A stretch of DNA of 64,000 nucleotides from IMG/VR virus record IMGVR_UViG_3300028175_000001, one strand, 5' to 3'. The translations under genes were made by a program, and so were the position numbers. Below are positions 10,144-18,516 of this stretch, piece by piece; within the stretch, counting starts at the first letter, position 1, and the number at the start of each line of letters is the position of its first letter. The DNA comes from a virus. Lineage: Duplodnaviria > Caudoviricetes. The notes beneath the pieces were generated by a model, which was not told the origin of the DNA, did no database searches, and saw nothing but the letters and a program-made list of their open reading frames with translations.

Positions 10144-11150
10144 AAATCAACTTGAAATCCTGGTCCATAAGAAATCATAACCAGTTTTCCTTCTTTCATA
10201 AAATCATTTTGTAAGGTTTTTATTACACTTGTGGCAGACATATTACCAAATAATCTAAACATCTCAAAAGAAGAATCTAATGCACCGTCAGGTAAATTTA
10301 ATCCTTCTGCAGTATTTTGCAAAACAACTTTTCCACCAGGATGACATATCCAATGATCAATATCATGACCTTTAATAAATTCTTCTACTTTTGGTAATAA
10401 CGCATCAGCGGCTTTTGGTAGTTCCTGCAATTTAGTAGATTCTACATTATATAATAATCCTGCACTTGTTCCTTCAAGAGTAATAAAATCTTCTGTATCA
10501 GGTAAAATATGAGATGCATGTTTAAGTACTTTCCAACCTCCGTGTTCATAATCATCACCAGCCATTAAAATAGCACTTACACCATCACCGAAAATAGTAA
10601 TACCAAATACTGTAGTAAGAGAACGATCTTCAGGATTTAAATTCATTGAAACTAAATCATTAGTGAGACAAATTACTACTTTAGTTGGGTTTGCTTTTAA
10701 AAATTCATCTGCAATTTGTATCACATGCGTACCACCATTACACGCTAAACCAAACATGGGTATTTTAATTACAGAATCAGGAAAATCAAAATGACTAAGC
10801 AATTTATGTGGTACAGTAGGAATTCCTACACCTGTCATTGTTGTAGATGTTATCATACACACATCTTCGGGAACAAGAAGGTCCAATTCCAATACTGCTT
10901 CTAATGATAACTTATGTACTACTTCATTAAATGTTTTATTTTTTTGCGTAAAAGTTTGAGACTGTTCCCGCATTGTCTCAATAGGATAACAAGTATGTCT
11001 ATATTCAACTCCTGTCAATGGCATATATCTGTCAAATACTCTACCCGAATAACCTTTTTCTTGCCACCATTCTTTCAGCTTTACTTTGAAGTCATCATTA
11101 TGTAATCGATTTTCAGGATGTTTAGTTACTATTTGTAAAATTTTACTCAT
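10122..11150 (-). CDS. Type III polyketide synthase (chalcone/stilbene synthase family)
   Basis: Catalytic triad motifs GLACNGG (Cys), HPGG (His), FGNMS (Asn); IFGDG and C-terminal YGPG; 342 aa. Confidence 0.92.
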   Translation of the reverse strand: MSKILQIVTKHPENRLHNDDFKVKLKEWWQEKGYSGRVFDRYMPLTGVEYRHTCYPIETMREQSQTFTQKNKTFNEVVHKLSLEAVLELDLLVPEDVCMITSTTMTGVGIPTVPHKLLSHFDFPDSVIKIPMFGLACNGGTHVIQIADEFLKANPTKVVICLTNDLVSMNLNPEDRSLTTVFGITIFGDGVSAILMAGDDYEHGGWKVLKHASHILPDTEDFITLEGTSAGLLYNVESTKLQELPKAADALLPKVEEFIKGHDIDHWICHPGGKVVLQNTAEGLNLPDGALDSSFEMFRLFGNMSATSVIKTLQNDFMKEGKLVMISYGPGFQVDLCLLEKI

Positions 11151-11752
11151 TCTGCCTCTATTGTCATTTCTCTAATACGACCACTAAAATTAATCATATG
11201 ATCTATACATTCTACACATTGTTCAGGAGAAAGCATATTTGGTTCTAGCTTATGATCATATACTCGATTTACGAGAGTTGCCAATCTTGTTGTTCTTGGA
11301 GTTTCCACCCAACCAGGTCTTAGTAGTGAAATTTTACATCCGTTATGTTTTGCAGTCTTTTCATAACATTCTAGATTAATTTTATCAAGTGATATTTTAC
11401 CTGCTGTATAACGACTATGGCCTATAGGATAATCATCTGTATCTTTTTCAGATGCGATAGAACTAACAGAGATTATATGTTTATTTGGATCATCTTTCCA
11501 TAAATGAAAAACGAATAAAAGTGCTTGTGTTTGAGCCCACCATTTGTAGTCATTATATGCATTGTTTATGAATATATCACCTTTAGGATCAAACCATTCT
11601 TTAATATGTTCTATATCATGTTTATTATATCGCCTACTATGACCTTCTACCTCAATTAAGTCTTTGTATTTTGCGAGATAATTTCCATCATATTTTTCAC
11701 TTAGTGCTTTTCCTATACCGGAAGTCACACCAGTTATAATCATTTTACGCAT
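11147..11752 (-). CDS. Short-chain dehydrogenase/reductase
   Basis: TGVTSGIG Rossmann motif, FINNA, catalytic YTAGK (YxxxK), LRPGWVETP. Confidence 0.88.
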   Translation of the reverse strand: MRKMIITGVTSGIGKALSEKYDGNYLAKYKDLIEVEGHSRRYNKHDIEHIKEWFDPKGDIFINNAYNDYKWWAQTQALLFVFHLWKDDPNKHIISVSSIASEKDTDDYPIGHSRYTAGKISLDKINLECYEKTAKHNGCKISLLRPGWVETPRTTRLATLVNRVYDHKLEPNMLSPEQCVECIDHMINFSGRIREMTIEAE

Positions 11753-11996
11753 TTGCTTTTCGCTCTACCATATTATATAAATCGTTTATTGTTGTTGCTT
11801 TTTGAAACTCTTCTGCATCTAAGGCAATATTAAAAGTATCTTCAATAATTATCATTGTTTCTAAAATATGAATAGAATCAATTTCTAAATCTAAAGCAAT
11901 TTTACTATCGGACTTTATCTCTGGAAAATCAATACCCGCGGCCGCTTCTTCAAACGCGGATTTACATTTTTCTTCAATTTCTTGTCGTGTGTACAT
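11745..11996 (-). CDS. Acyl carrier protein
   Basis: 83-aa acidic protein with DLEIDSIHILE phosphopantetheine-attachment motif and EDTFNI...TINDL. Confidence 0.88.
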   Translation of the reverse strand: MYTRQEIEEKCKSAFEEAAAGIDFPEIKSDSKIALDLEIDSIHILETMIIIEDTFNIALDAEEFQKATTINDLYNMVERKANA

Positions 11997-12756
11997 CGTA
12001 TAAATCCTCTTCAGTTATTTGTTCAATGGGTTCAGCAATATAATTAAGGTCACTATGTTTTCCTGTTAATCCGTAAGCATCTGAATGATGACATAATTTA
12101 TAAGACCCCTCTTTATATCCTGCTATGCTAATTAATAAATTAAACCGAGCTGTTAAACCGGCATTAATTACAGTATGATTAATGCAACTATCATCTTGAT
12201 AAGAACTCCCATCTGCTGGTAAATAATATGATTGATCGTCAATAACAAAACGACATCCTGCATTAACTTCAAGGGGTATATGTATATTTTCAAAACTATC
12301 TTGATGCCAATTTATAGTAGTTAAAGGGTTTAACATCGTTATTCTAACTCGGTCTATCTCATAATATATAGACAACTTTTTATAAATGTTATGAAATTCT
12401 GTATCTAAATAATCTTCATTAAAAATAGTATAATCTTTACGTGTTTCAAATCTTTTTAATTTTCTATTAAAATTTGTCCCATCATGTATTATGCGCTTTA
12501 ATATATTGTACTTATAACCAGAAGAAGATGAAAAAACTGATGGTCTTTGAGGACAAAAACTTCTTACAGAATCATATAGTCTTTGTTCTGGTAAACAGTC
12601 TTTTGAATGTAAAAGTCCCAATACATAAGCATCATTAAAGTCGTCTCTTGTATTGAGATCCCATGGAGCGAATAAAGATTTTAGCGGCTGAAGTTCTTTT
12701 TGTAAACGATCTATATCAAATTCCCAAGGTAATTTTTTTACATAAATTGGTCTCAT
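11974..12756 (-). CDS. Aspartyl/asparaginyl beta-hydroxylase-like Fe/2OG oxygenase
   Basis: RVRITMLNPLTTINWHQD (HxD), IHIPL, HTVINAG and terminal RFNLLI pattern typical of the AspH/LpxO-like family. Confidence 0.75.
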   Translation of the reverse strand: MRPIYVKKLPWEFDIDRLQKELQPLKSLFAPWDLNTRDDFNDAYVLGLLHSKDCLPEQRLYDSVRSFCPQRPSVFSSSSGYKYNILKRIIHDGTNFNRKLKRFETRKDYTIFNEDYLDTEFHNIYKKLSIYYEIDRVRITMLNPLTTINWHQDSFENIHIPLEVNAGCRFVIDDQSYYLPADGSSYQDDSCINHTVINAGLTARFNLLISIAGYKEGSYKLCHHSDAYGLTGKHSDLNYIAEPIEQITEEDLYDVHTTRN

Positions 12757-13490
12757 TGTTGATGTATATCAAATTCAAGCATTTCACAAGCAGTTTCTAA
12801 TTCAGTAATAGTATCCAAATCTGTTTCCTGGAGCTGACTAAATGTTTCTCTAATATATGCCAGAAGATCCGTTTGTTGTACAGAAGTTAAATTTGCTAAA
12901 ACATATTTATTTTCTTCATCCATAGCATCATATCTTATCGCAGAATCATAATGATTTTTATATATGATCATCATTTTTAAAAAATAGGAATATTTTGAAT
13001 ACGATAAACTTAATAATTTATCCTGAAGTGATTTAGTATCAGGATCAAGCCATGAACCGGTTTCTAATTCATCTGCTGACGGACCCCTTGCGGAACCATC
13101 ATCATGTGTTCCGGGATTATCTGATATCCATGATAACCAATTATCACGCATAAATGATGTACAATATTTTGTACTAGCATTTAATCTTTCATCAGTAAAC
13201 CATGATATATCTTGTTGCGATAAAAAAGTTCTACTGAAAACGGGTTCTGCATCTTCGAAGATATTAGACGGGTTTAAAATGCATCCTTGATACTTAAACA
13301 TATAAGTTCTATCTAACCATTGATCTTCTGTAATACCACATTCCAAATACACATCTTTATTGGTTATTAAAATATCAACTATATCATTAAACCTAGCAAT
13401 ATCATCACTCTCCATTAGAACCATAATTTGTCGGTCAGCCTTTAATTGTTTCCAGCTAGGATTACTTTTAAATACTTCGGCTTCAGCCAT
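12753..13490 (-). CDS. Hypothetical protein
   Basis: 245-aa acidic ORF abutting both neighbours. Confidence 0.7.
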   Translation of the reverse strand: MAEAEVFKSNPSWKQLKADRQIMVLMESDDIARFNDIVDILITNKDVYLECGITEDQWLDRTYMFKYQGCILNPSNIFEDAEPVFSRTFLSQQDISWFTDERLNASTKYCTSFMRDNWLSWISDNPGTHDDGSARGPSADELETGSWLDPDTKSLQDKLLSLSYSKYSYFLKMMIIYKNHYDSAIRYDAMDEENKYVLANLTSVQQTDLLAYIRETFSQLQETDLDTITELETACEMLEFDIHQQ

Positions 13491-13700
13491 TTAAATGCTT
13501 TCCATTCTACGTGTATATCTATCTTTTAGCTCATTAAAATTAGATGTCAAATTAGCAGAAATAAATATAGACTCTGTTGAGTCTAAAAAGTTCAATATTT
13601 TTTGATATCCGTTTTTTGTGAAATCTTCACTTTCTATTTTATTTATTTTAAATAAAATAGTTTCAAACGATAGGTTTTTTAAGTTTACAATTTTACTCAT
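13491..13700 (-). CDS. Small hypothetical protein
   Basis: 69 aa; ATGA overlap with upstream stop; stop abuts next ATG. Confidence 0.55.
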   Translation of the reverse strand: MSKIVNLKNLSFETILFKINKIESEDFTKNGYQKILNFLDSTESIFISANLTSNFNELKDRYTRRMESI

Positions 13701-14611
13701 TTTAGTATACCATCTTCTCCAGGCATTACTACAGGTAGACTTGGATCAAGCGCATATTCATTTGGGAGATTTACAGTATCGTCACAATATGGAAGTTTTC
13801 CTTCAGTTGATAATATATTCCCGTATTCATCAGCTTTTTCATTTTTTTCTCCAGTAATTTCTTCTATAGGATCGTCAATGGGTCTATTGTTTTGGCCGGC
13901 AAGTCGAACATCAACTATGCCCTGACCAGGAGTGTCTGCACCCTGTACTGCTTGAGGATGTTTTGCGGGAGGATATGGCCCTCCCGCATGTAAATCCAAA
14001 GAACCAACTCCATCTTGACCATGCGCATTTCCTTGAGGTTTAAATATTTGCCCTCCAACACCTTCATTAACAAAAGCATCAACATCAATAATCGCATCAT
14101 CAAGAGTTTTTTTACTAAGGTCATCACGAGCAGTGTCTAGATATTCCATATAGTCTTTAGTGTTGCCTATAGCCTTAATGAGATGTTCTTTACATTGATT
14201 ATCACAATATTTATGAAAGTCAGAAGCAAACTGGCAATTACAAATCATTCCTTTTACATATTCTGCCTGTTCACCTGCTTCTGTTGTATAAGTAGGAGAG
14301 TCGTGTTCAACCATTCCTTCCAATTCTCTCAGAGTGTATTCAACAAGCTCATCAACCTTTTTGTCTTGATTTTCATCTACTTGAATATTTTGATGAGCAG
14401 TTGGCAATCCACCGGCCGGCTGACCTGTATCGGCCGTTAAAGTTTGACTATTCATATCCGTCAACATCTGTTGCTTTTGCAACGCACTTAATCCCAAATC
14501 TAATGACTTTAGTAATGTCATACCTATTGGCTGTGTTATTTCATCATCCAATAGTGGTGATAATGCGGCAATAGCGGCATTTGTGCATTCAATAACTTTA
14601 TTTTCACTCAT
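13697..14611 (-). CDS. Hypothetical protein with central Cys cluster
   Basis: 304 aa with ICNCQFASDFHKYCDNQCKEH and a low-complexity Gly/Pro/Asp-rich C-terminal half; 8-bp overlap with the rSAM gene. Confidence 0.7.
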   Translation of the reverse strand: MSENKVIECTNAAIAALSPLLDDEITQPIGMTLLKSLDLGLSALQKQQMLTDMNSQTLTADTGQPAGGLPTAHQNIQVDENQDKKVDELVEYTLRELEGMVEHDSPTYTTEAGEQAEYVKGMICNCQFASDFHKYCDNQCKEHLIKAIGNTKDYMEYLDTARDDLSKKTLDDAIIDVDAFVNEGVGGQIFKPQGNAHGQDGVGSLDLHAGGPYPPAKHPQAVQGADTPGQGIVDVRLAGQNNRPIDDPIEEITGEKNEKADEYGNILSTEGKLPYCDDTVNLPNEYALDPSLPVVMPGEDGILK

Positions 14612-15956
14612 GATTTATCTCTCTGGGGAAATTTCTTTTTTGGGTTTCAAGCATTTCTTCTGCTATGTGATCTAAACCAGAACCCTGGCCAGAGGTATCT
14701 ATTATTCCCAATCTATCAATAGCAGTTGTCGGATGACCGGTTCTAGGCAATATTCTATTTTTTTCTTCTTTATCTCCTGCATCAGGAAGATGTTTCATTC
14801 CTTTTCCTACTCTCACTAATCCATTTTGTATTGATGCCAATCCTTGTTCTGTATAATAAAATCTATGATCTTTACGTTCTCCACAAGAATTACACATATC
14901 ACAAAACATGTGGCATACAGGAGAAAATAATTTATTTTTTATCCATTGTTTCCGTAAATAATCTATCTGTTCTTTTAATAACCAATTAATTTTTGCTTTA
15001 TCTTCGGGACTATCTTTACCCGCTAAACTTTCATCTATAGATGTAACAACTCTATCCGGTCCATATGTCTTGACTATACGCAAAATATCCTTAGCAAAAC
15101 ATTGTACATTTGATCTGTGAATAGTATACCTGGCCCTCCATTTAATTTGGTCTTGGGGTGGCATATTGGAATTATAATCTGAAATATTTTTAAATGCTTT
15201 TAATACATCTGGAGTAGAATCTTTACCAGAATAATATACCCTATCTAAATTTCCTGCACCATCAAAACTAATATCAAAAGAAACCCGTTGTTTAATTCCT
15301 GGATTAGATTCCAAAAAAGTAATAACACTATTAAAAAATTTTGGCTTACTTAAAAGTATACCATTAGTTGTTATATTGAAATGTAAATTGTGCTTCTGAG
15401 AATATGCATAATTCATAAGATATTCACAATTTTTCCATTCTAACATCGGTTCACCACCAAAAATACAAAATAAAGTTTGTTCATCTGGTCTATCGGTTTT
15501 ATTAATATCATCTACAAGTTTTTTCAACAATGGTGGTTCGGGTAAATGTTTTGGTCGATTTTCTAAATGTTCATAGCAATAAGAACAATTTAAATTACAT
15601 TGACTTGTCATATAAAATAAATGTATACCTCCACCGTGTGCAACTCTTGTATTTTCGTTTTCACCATGAGTAAAATGTCTATCCATAATTTCATTAACAT
15701 TGGCTTCTGCTAAATCAAGTCTTCCTTCTTTTAGTGCTTTAACACGGTCATAATGTTCATCTTTTGATACGCTTTCTACATGTTGTTTTACTACTTGATT
15801 CAATTCACGATCAGTTAGAGTTAATAATTTTTTAACATCATGTTTTTCATATTTACATACACCTTCTCCTGTTTTCAATCCTCGTTCATAATCAATAACA
15901 CCATCAAGAGATCCCATGGTGGGTAAAACTTTTTTAGAGCGTGTTAGTGTTTTCAC
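14604..15956 (-). CDS. Radical SAM enzyme (short auxiliary Cys cluster)
   Basis: CNLNCSYC, FGGEPML, ITTNG, ISFDG; C-terminal CHMFCDMCNSC; ~110-aa N-terminal extension; GTG start overlapping the upstream TAG. Confidence 0.9.
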   Translation of the reverse strand: MKTLTRSKKVLPTMGSLDGVIDYERGLKTGEGVCKYEKHDVKKLLTLTDRELNQVVKQHVESVSKDEHYDRVKALKEGRLDLAEANVNEIMDRHFTHGENENTRVAHGGGIHLFYMTSQCNLNCSYCYEHLENRPKHLPEPPLLKKLVDDINKTDRPDEQTLFCIFGGEPMLEWKNCEYLMNYAYSQKHNLHFNITTNGILLSKPKFFNSVITFLESNPGIKQRVSFDISFDGAGNLDRVYYSGKDSTPDVLKAFKNISDYNSNMPPQDQIKWRARYTIHRSNVQCFAKDILRIVKTYGPDRVVTSIDESLAGKDSPEDKAKINWLLKEQIDYLRKQWIKNKLFSPVCHMFCDMCNSCGERKDHRFYYTEQGLASIQNGLVRVGKGMKHLPDAGDKEEKNRILPRTGHPTTAIDRLGIIDTSGQGSGLDHIAEEMLETQKRNFPREINHE

Positions 15957-16366
15957 TATTTTCCCCTTACAACTGGTCTTTCGTCCAGTTTTCTGCGGAT
16001 TTGTTCTTCTGGATTTTGTTTTAGAATATATGCTATGTTTTTCATAAGTCTAGGAAAATCAATGTTATAATTAAATAAATGTGACTTTATTCTTGTACCA
16101 TCTGATTCAGGATTCCAAGAATCATAAAGTAAATTTTTATCTCTCGCTTGTTTTTTTGATGGGGTGTCTTCTAGCTGTACTTGATTAATAAGAGTTTGAA
16201 TATCTCCGTCTTTTGCGGCCCTTGCCGATTTTTCATATCGCTCTACTGATTTTTTATTTTTATTATTTATTACAGCCTCTTGTCCTGAAATCGCAGGATG
16301 CCATCCTTCTTCACGATCTAGATCATTTAGTTCTTCTGGAGTTCCGTGTATTTTATTTTTTTCCAT
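15956..16366 (-). CDS. Hypothetical protein
   Basis: Charged 136-aa ORF (ATG 16366) overlapping both neighbours. Confidence 0.6.
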   Translation of the reverse strand: MEKNKIHGTPEELNDLDREEGWHPAISGQEAVINNKNKKSVERYEKSARAAKDGDIQTLINQVQLEDTPSKKQARDKNLLYDSWNPESDGTRIKSHLFNYNIDFPRLMKNIAYILKQNPEEQIRRKLDERPVVRGK

Positions 16367-17174
16367 GTAACAATTTTCCAAGATATTTTATCTGTTCAAA
16401 TACTCTTTCTTGTTCAATAGCCATATATTTGTAAGCAAATTCAAATTGAGTATCAGAATTGCCCCCATCAAACGTTAGCATTAATCCATTTTTTTCAAAC
16501 CACGCTTTTGTTGACCAATCTTCATGGTTAAATAATTTAAAATAGTTCCACATAATTTTAATATTTTTTTCTATGGAAGACGAAAAAATATTTAAATTTT
16601 TCATTGAATCTACAGTAAAAACTATATACGCACAACATTGCCAGTCTGTATCATATGCGGGATCGTTTTGATCGTAATGGCCCTCACACGATTCTATAAC
16701 ATCAACACCATCAAATATATTAATTCCACTAACCAACGGTTCTATTCCACATTCAACAATATCTTTTTGATGATCTTTAATTTCTATGTGGCCTATCTGT
16801 AAAGCACCAAGTCTATTAAGATTTTCATAAACTTCTGTTGGTAACCCAGACATATGATCATACACTAATCCAAATTTAGATAAAAAGTTATTCAATATTA
16901 ATCTAAAAGATTTTGATGATTTCTCTGTATTTTTAATAATGATAAAATCACCTATCATATTACCACAATTTTCAATACCTGTCGTTTTTTCAATTACATG
17001 ATTTAATACCGTTAAATCAATAAGATGATCAATATCTTTTATGATAAACAAATTAGACCTAAATTGATATACTGTTACATCCTTACGATCTATTAAATAT
17101 CCAGGCAAATATTTTGTGGGACCGCCAGTGTCCGCAGTTCTGGTGTCTACTACTGGTTCATCAAATATTCCCAT
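16353..17174 (-). CDS. TYW3-like 'SCEGH' protein, paralog B
   Basis: ECGIEPLVSGINIFDGVDVIESCEGH; N- and C-terminal segments align with 5715..6515. Function uncertain. Confidence 0.45.
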   Translation of the reverse strand: MGIFDEPVVDTRTADTGGPTKYLPGYLIDRKDVTVYQFRSNLFIIKDIDHLIDLTVLNHVIEKTTGIENCGNMIGDFIIIKNTEKSSKSFRLILNNFLSKFGLVYDHMSGLPTEVYENLNRLGALQIGHIEIKDHQKDIVECGIEPLVSGINIFDGVDVIESCEGHYDQNDPAYDTDWQCCAYIVFTVDSMKNLNIFSSSIEKNIKIMWNYFKLFNHEDWSTKAWFEKNGLMLTFDGGNSDTQFEFAYKYMAIEQERVFEQIKYLGKLLHGKK

Positions 17175-17187
17175 AAAACCTTTCTTC

Positions 17188-18516
17188 TCAAGTACCTCTT
17201 TGAAGTTTCTTTATGTTATGATTATCTTTAGATTGTAAAAAAGCCAAGGTCGAATTATAATCCTTATAATCAAAAGATTTAATTTTTTCTTCAGTTTTAA
17301 TTTTAAAATTTGTTAACCTTTTATATTTTTCATTCTTTTGCCACGCCTCATCTATCATCTCAAACATATCTACTTCTTCTTTATCTGCATTTGGCTCATA
17401 AAATCCTGTCCTACCCCCCCAAAGCGTCTTAATATATGTTTGAAAAGTTGGCATATCTTTACATATTTCTACCATTCTTATCGCTTCATCATAATATATA
17501 TGAAACAATTCGCACACAGAATCGATTGGTTGATTACCATTTCTTAATTGCGAATATGTACAACCTGCATTACACACTTTATATAATCTACATCCTTTAC
17601 ATTTATCAAATGCTAAAGGATTAAATACAGATTGAAAATAATCAAAATTATATTCATCGCCTTTCATTGGTAATAATTTCTTTGAGCCAAATCTTGCACA
17701 TGGATAAAATGTTCCATCTACTGCCATAATAGAACCATGATGACCAGCAAAACACCCGAATGCTCGTTTTTGTTTAGTTAATCCTAATAACATGTCTTGT
17801 AGGGGAAGATTAAACATTCCATTAGATATTAATTTTCCTTCATCATAATATTGTATGGTTCTATCTGCCAGTCTTCGACATTCCACTCTAAATTTATGAA
17901 TATCGTCTAGGGACCAAATATCATCTCTTACAATAGAAAAATCAGGAGCAGGAATACCGAAATCTACTAAAAATTCAAAATTTTCTGTCATTGAATCAAC
18001 ATTGCCTGGAAATATCATAATTTTACATGTTTTATTATGTTTTGTAACTTTCTTTATAAGATGTTGTCTATCACTGTACATCTCTAAAACATTATTGTAT
18101 CCTTTATTCTCTCCAAAATTTTTAATAATAGGTCTTGATTCGTTTGCTGATATACCATCAAAACTCCAACTAACTCCAATCTGATTATCTAATATCCAAT
18201 CAGCAGTTTCTTCGTTAATTAACGATAGATTAGATATCATAGTAAGACCAACCAATCTATCCTCATATTCAGGAACTTTAACTTTTTTACAAACATGATC
18301 CATCAATGGCACATTTAATAGTGGTTCGCCCCCAAAAAAAGATAAATGAAATTGTTGACCATGGGCTTTTGATCTTTGAATTAATTGTAAAAATTCTGGC
18401 CAAGCCTTATCAAAAATTTCAGGAGTCATAAATTTATCAACATTAGCAACATAGCAATACGGGCACCCCAAATTGCATTTTTCTGTTACAGATATTTCTA
18501 ATTGATAACTAGGCAT
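17188..18516 (-). CDS. Radical SAM/SPASM peptide maturase-like enzyme
   Basis: CNLGCPYC, FFGGEPLLN, SFDG; full SPASM cysteines CFAG...YPC...CKGCRLYKVCNAGC...C; start reassigned to ATG 18516 (ATGCCTAG overlap). Confidence 0.92.
   Translation of the reverse strand: MPSYQLEISVTEKCNLGCPYCYVANVDKFMTPEIFDKAWPEFLQLIQRSKAHGQQFHLSFFGGEPLLNVPLMDHVCKKVKVPEYEDRLVGLTMISNLSLINEETADWILDNQIGVSWSFDGISANESRPIIKNFGENKGYNNVLEMYSDRQHLIKKVTKHNKTCKIMIFPGNVDSMTENFEFLVDFGIPAPDFSIVRDDIWSLDDIHKFRVECRRLADRTIQYYDEGKLISNGMFNLPLQDMLLGLTKQKRAFGCFAGHHGSIMAVDGTFYPCARFGSKKLLPMKGDEYNFDYFQSVFNPLAFDKCKGCRLYKVCNAGCTYSQLRNGNQPIDSVCELFHIYYDEAIRMVEICKDMPTFQTYIKTLWGGRTGFYEPNADKEEVDMFEMIDEAWQKNEKYKRLTNFKIKTEEKIKSFDYKDYNSTLAFLQSKDNHNIKKLQRGT

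Noticed and set aside
5114-18184. Short plus-strand ORFs of 60-85 aa antisense to the enzyme genes
   Set aside because: Fully nested opposite well-supported CDSs, with no motifs and no promoter or RBS evidence.
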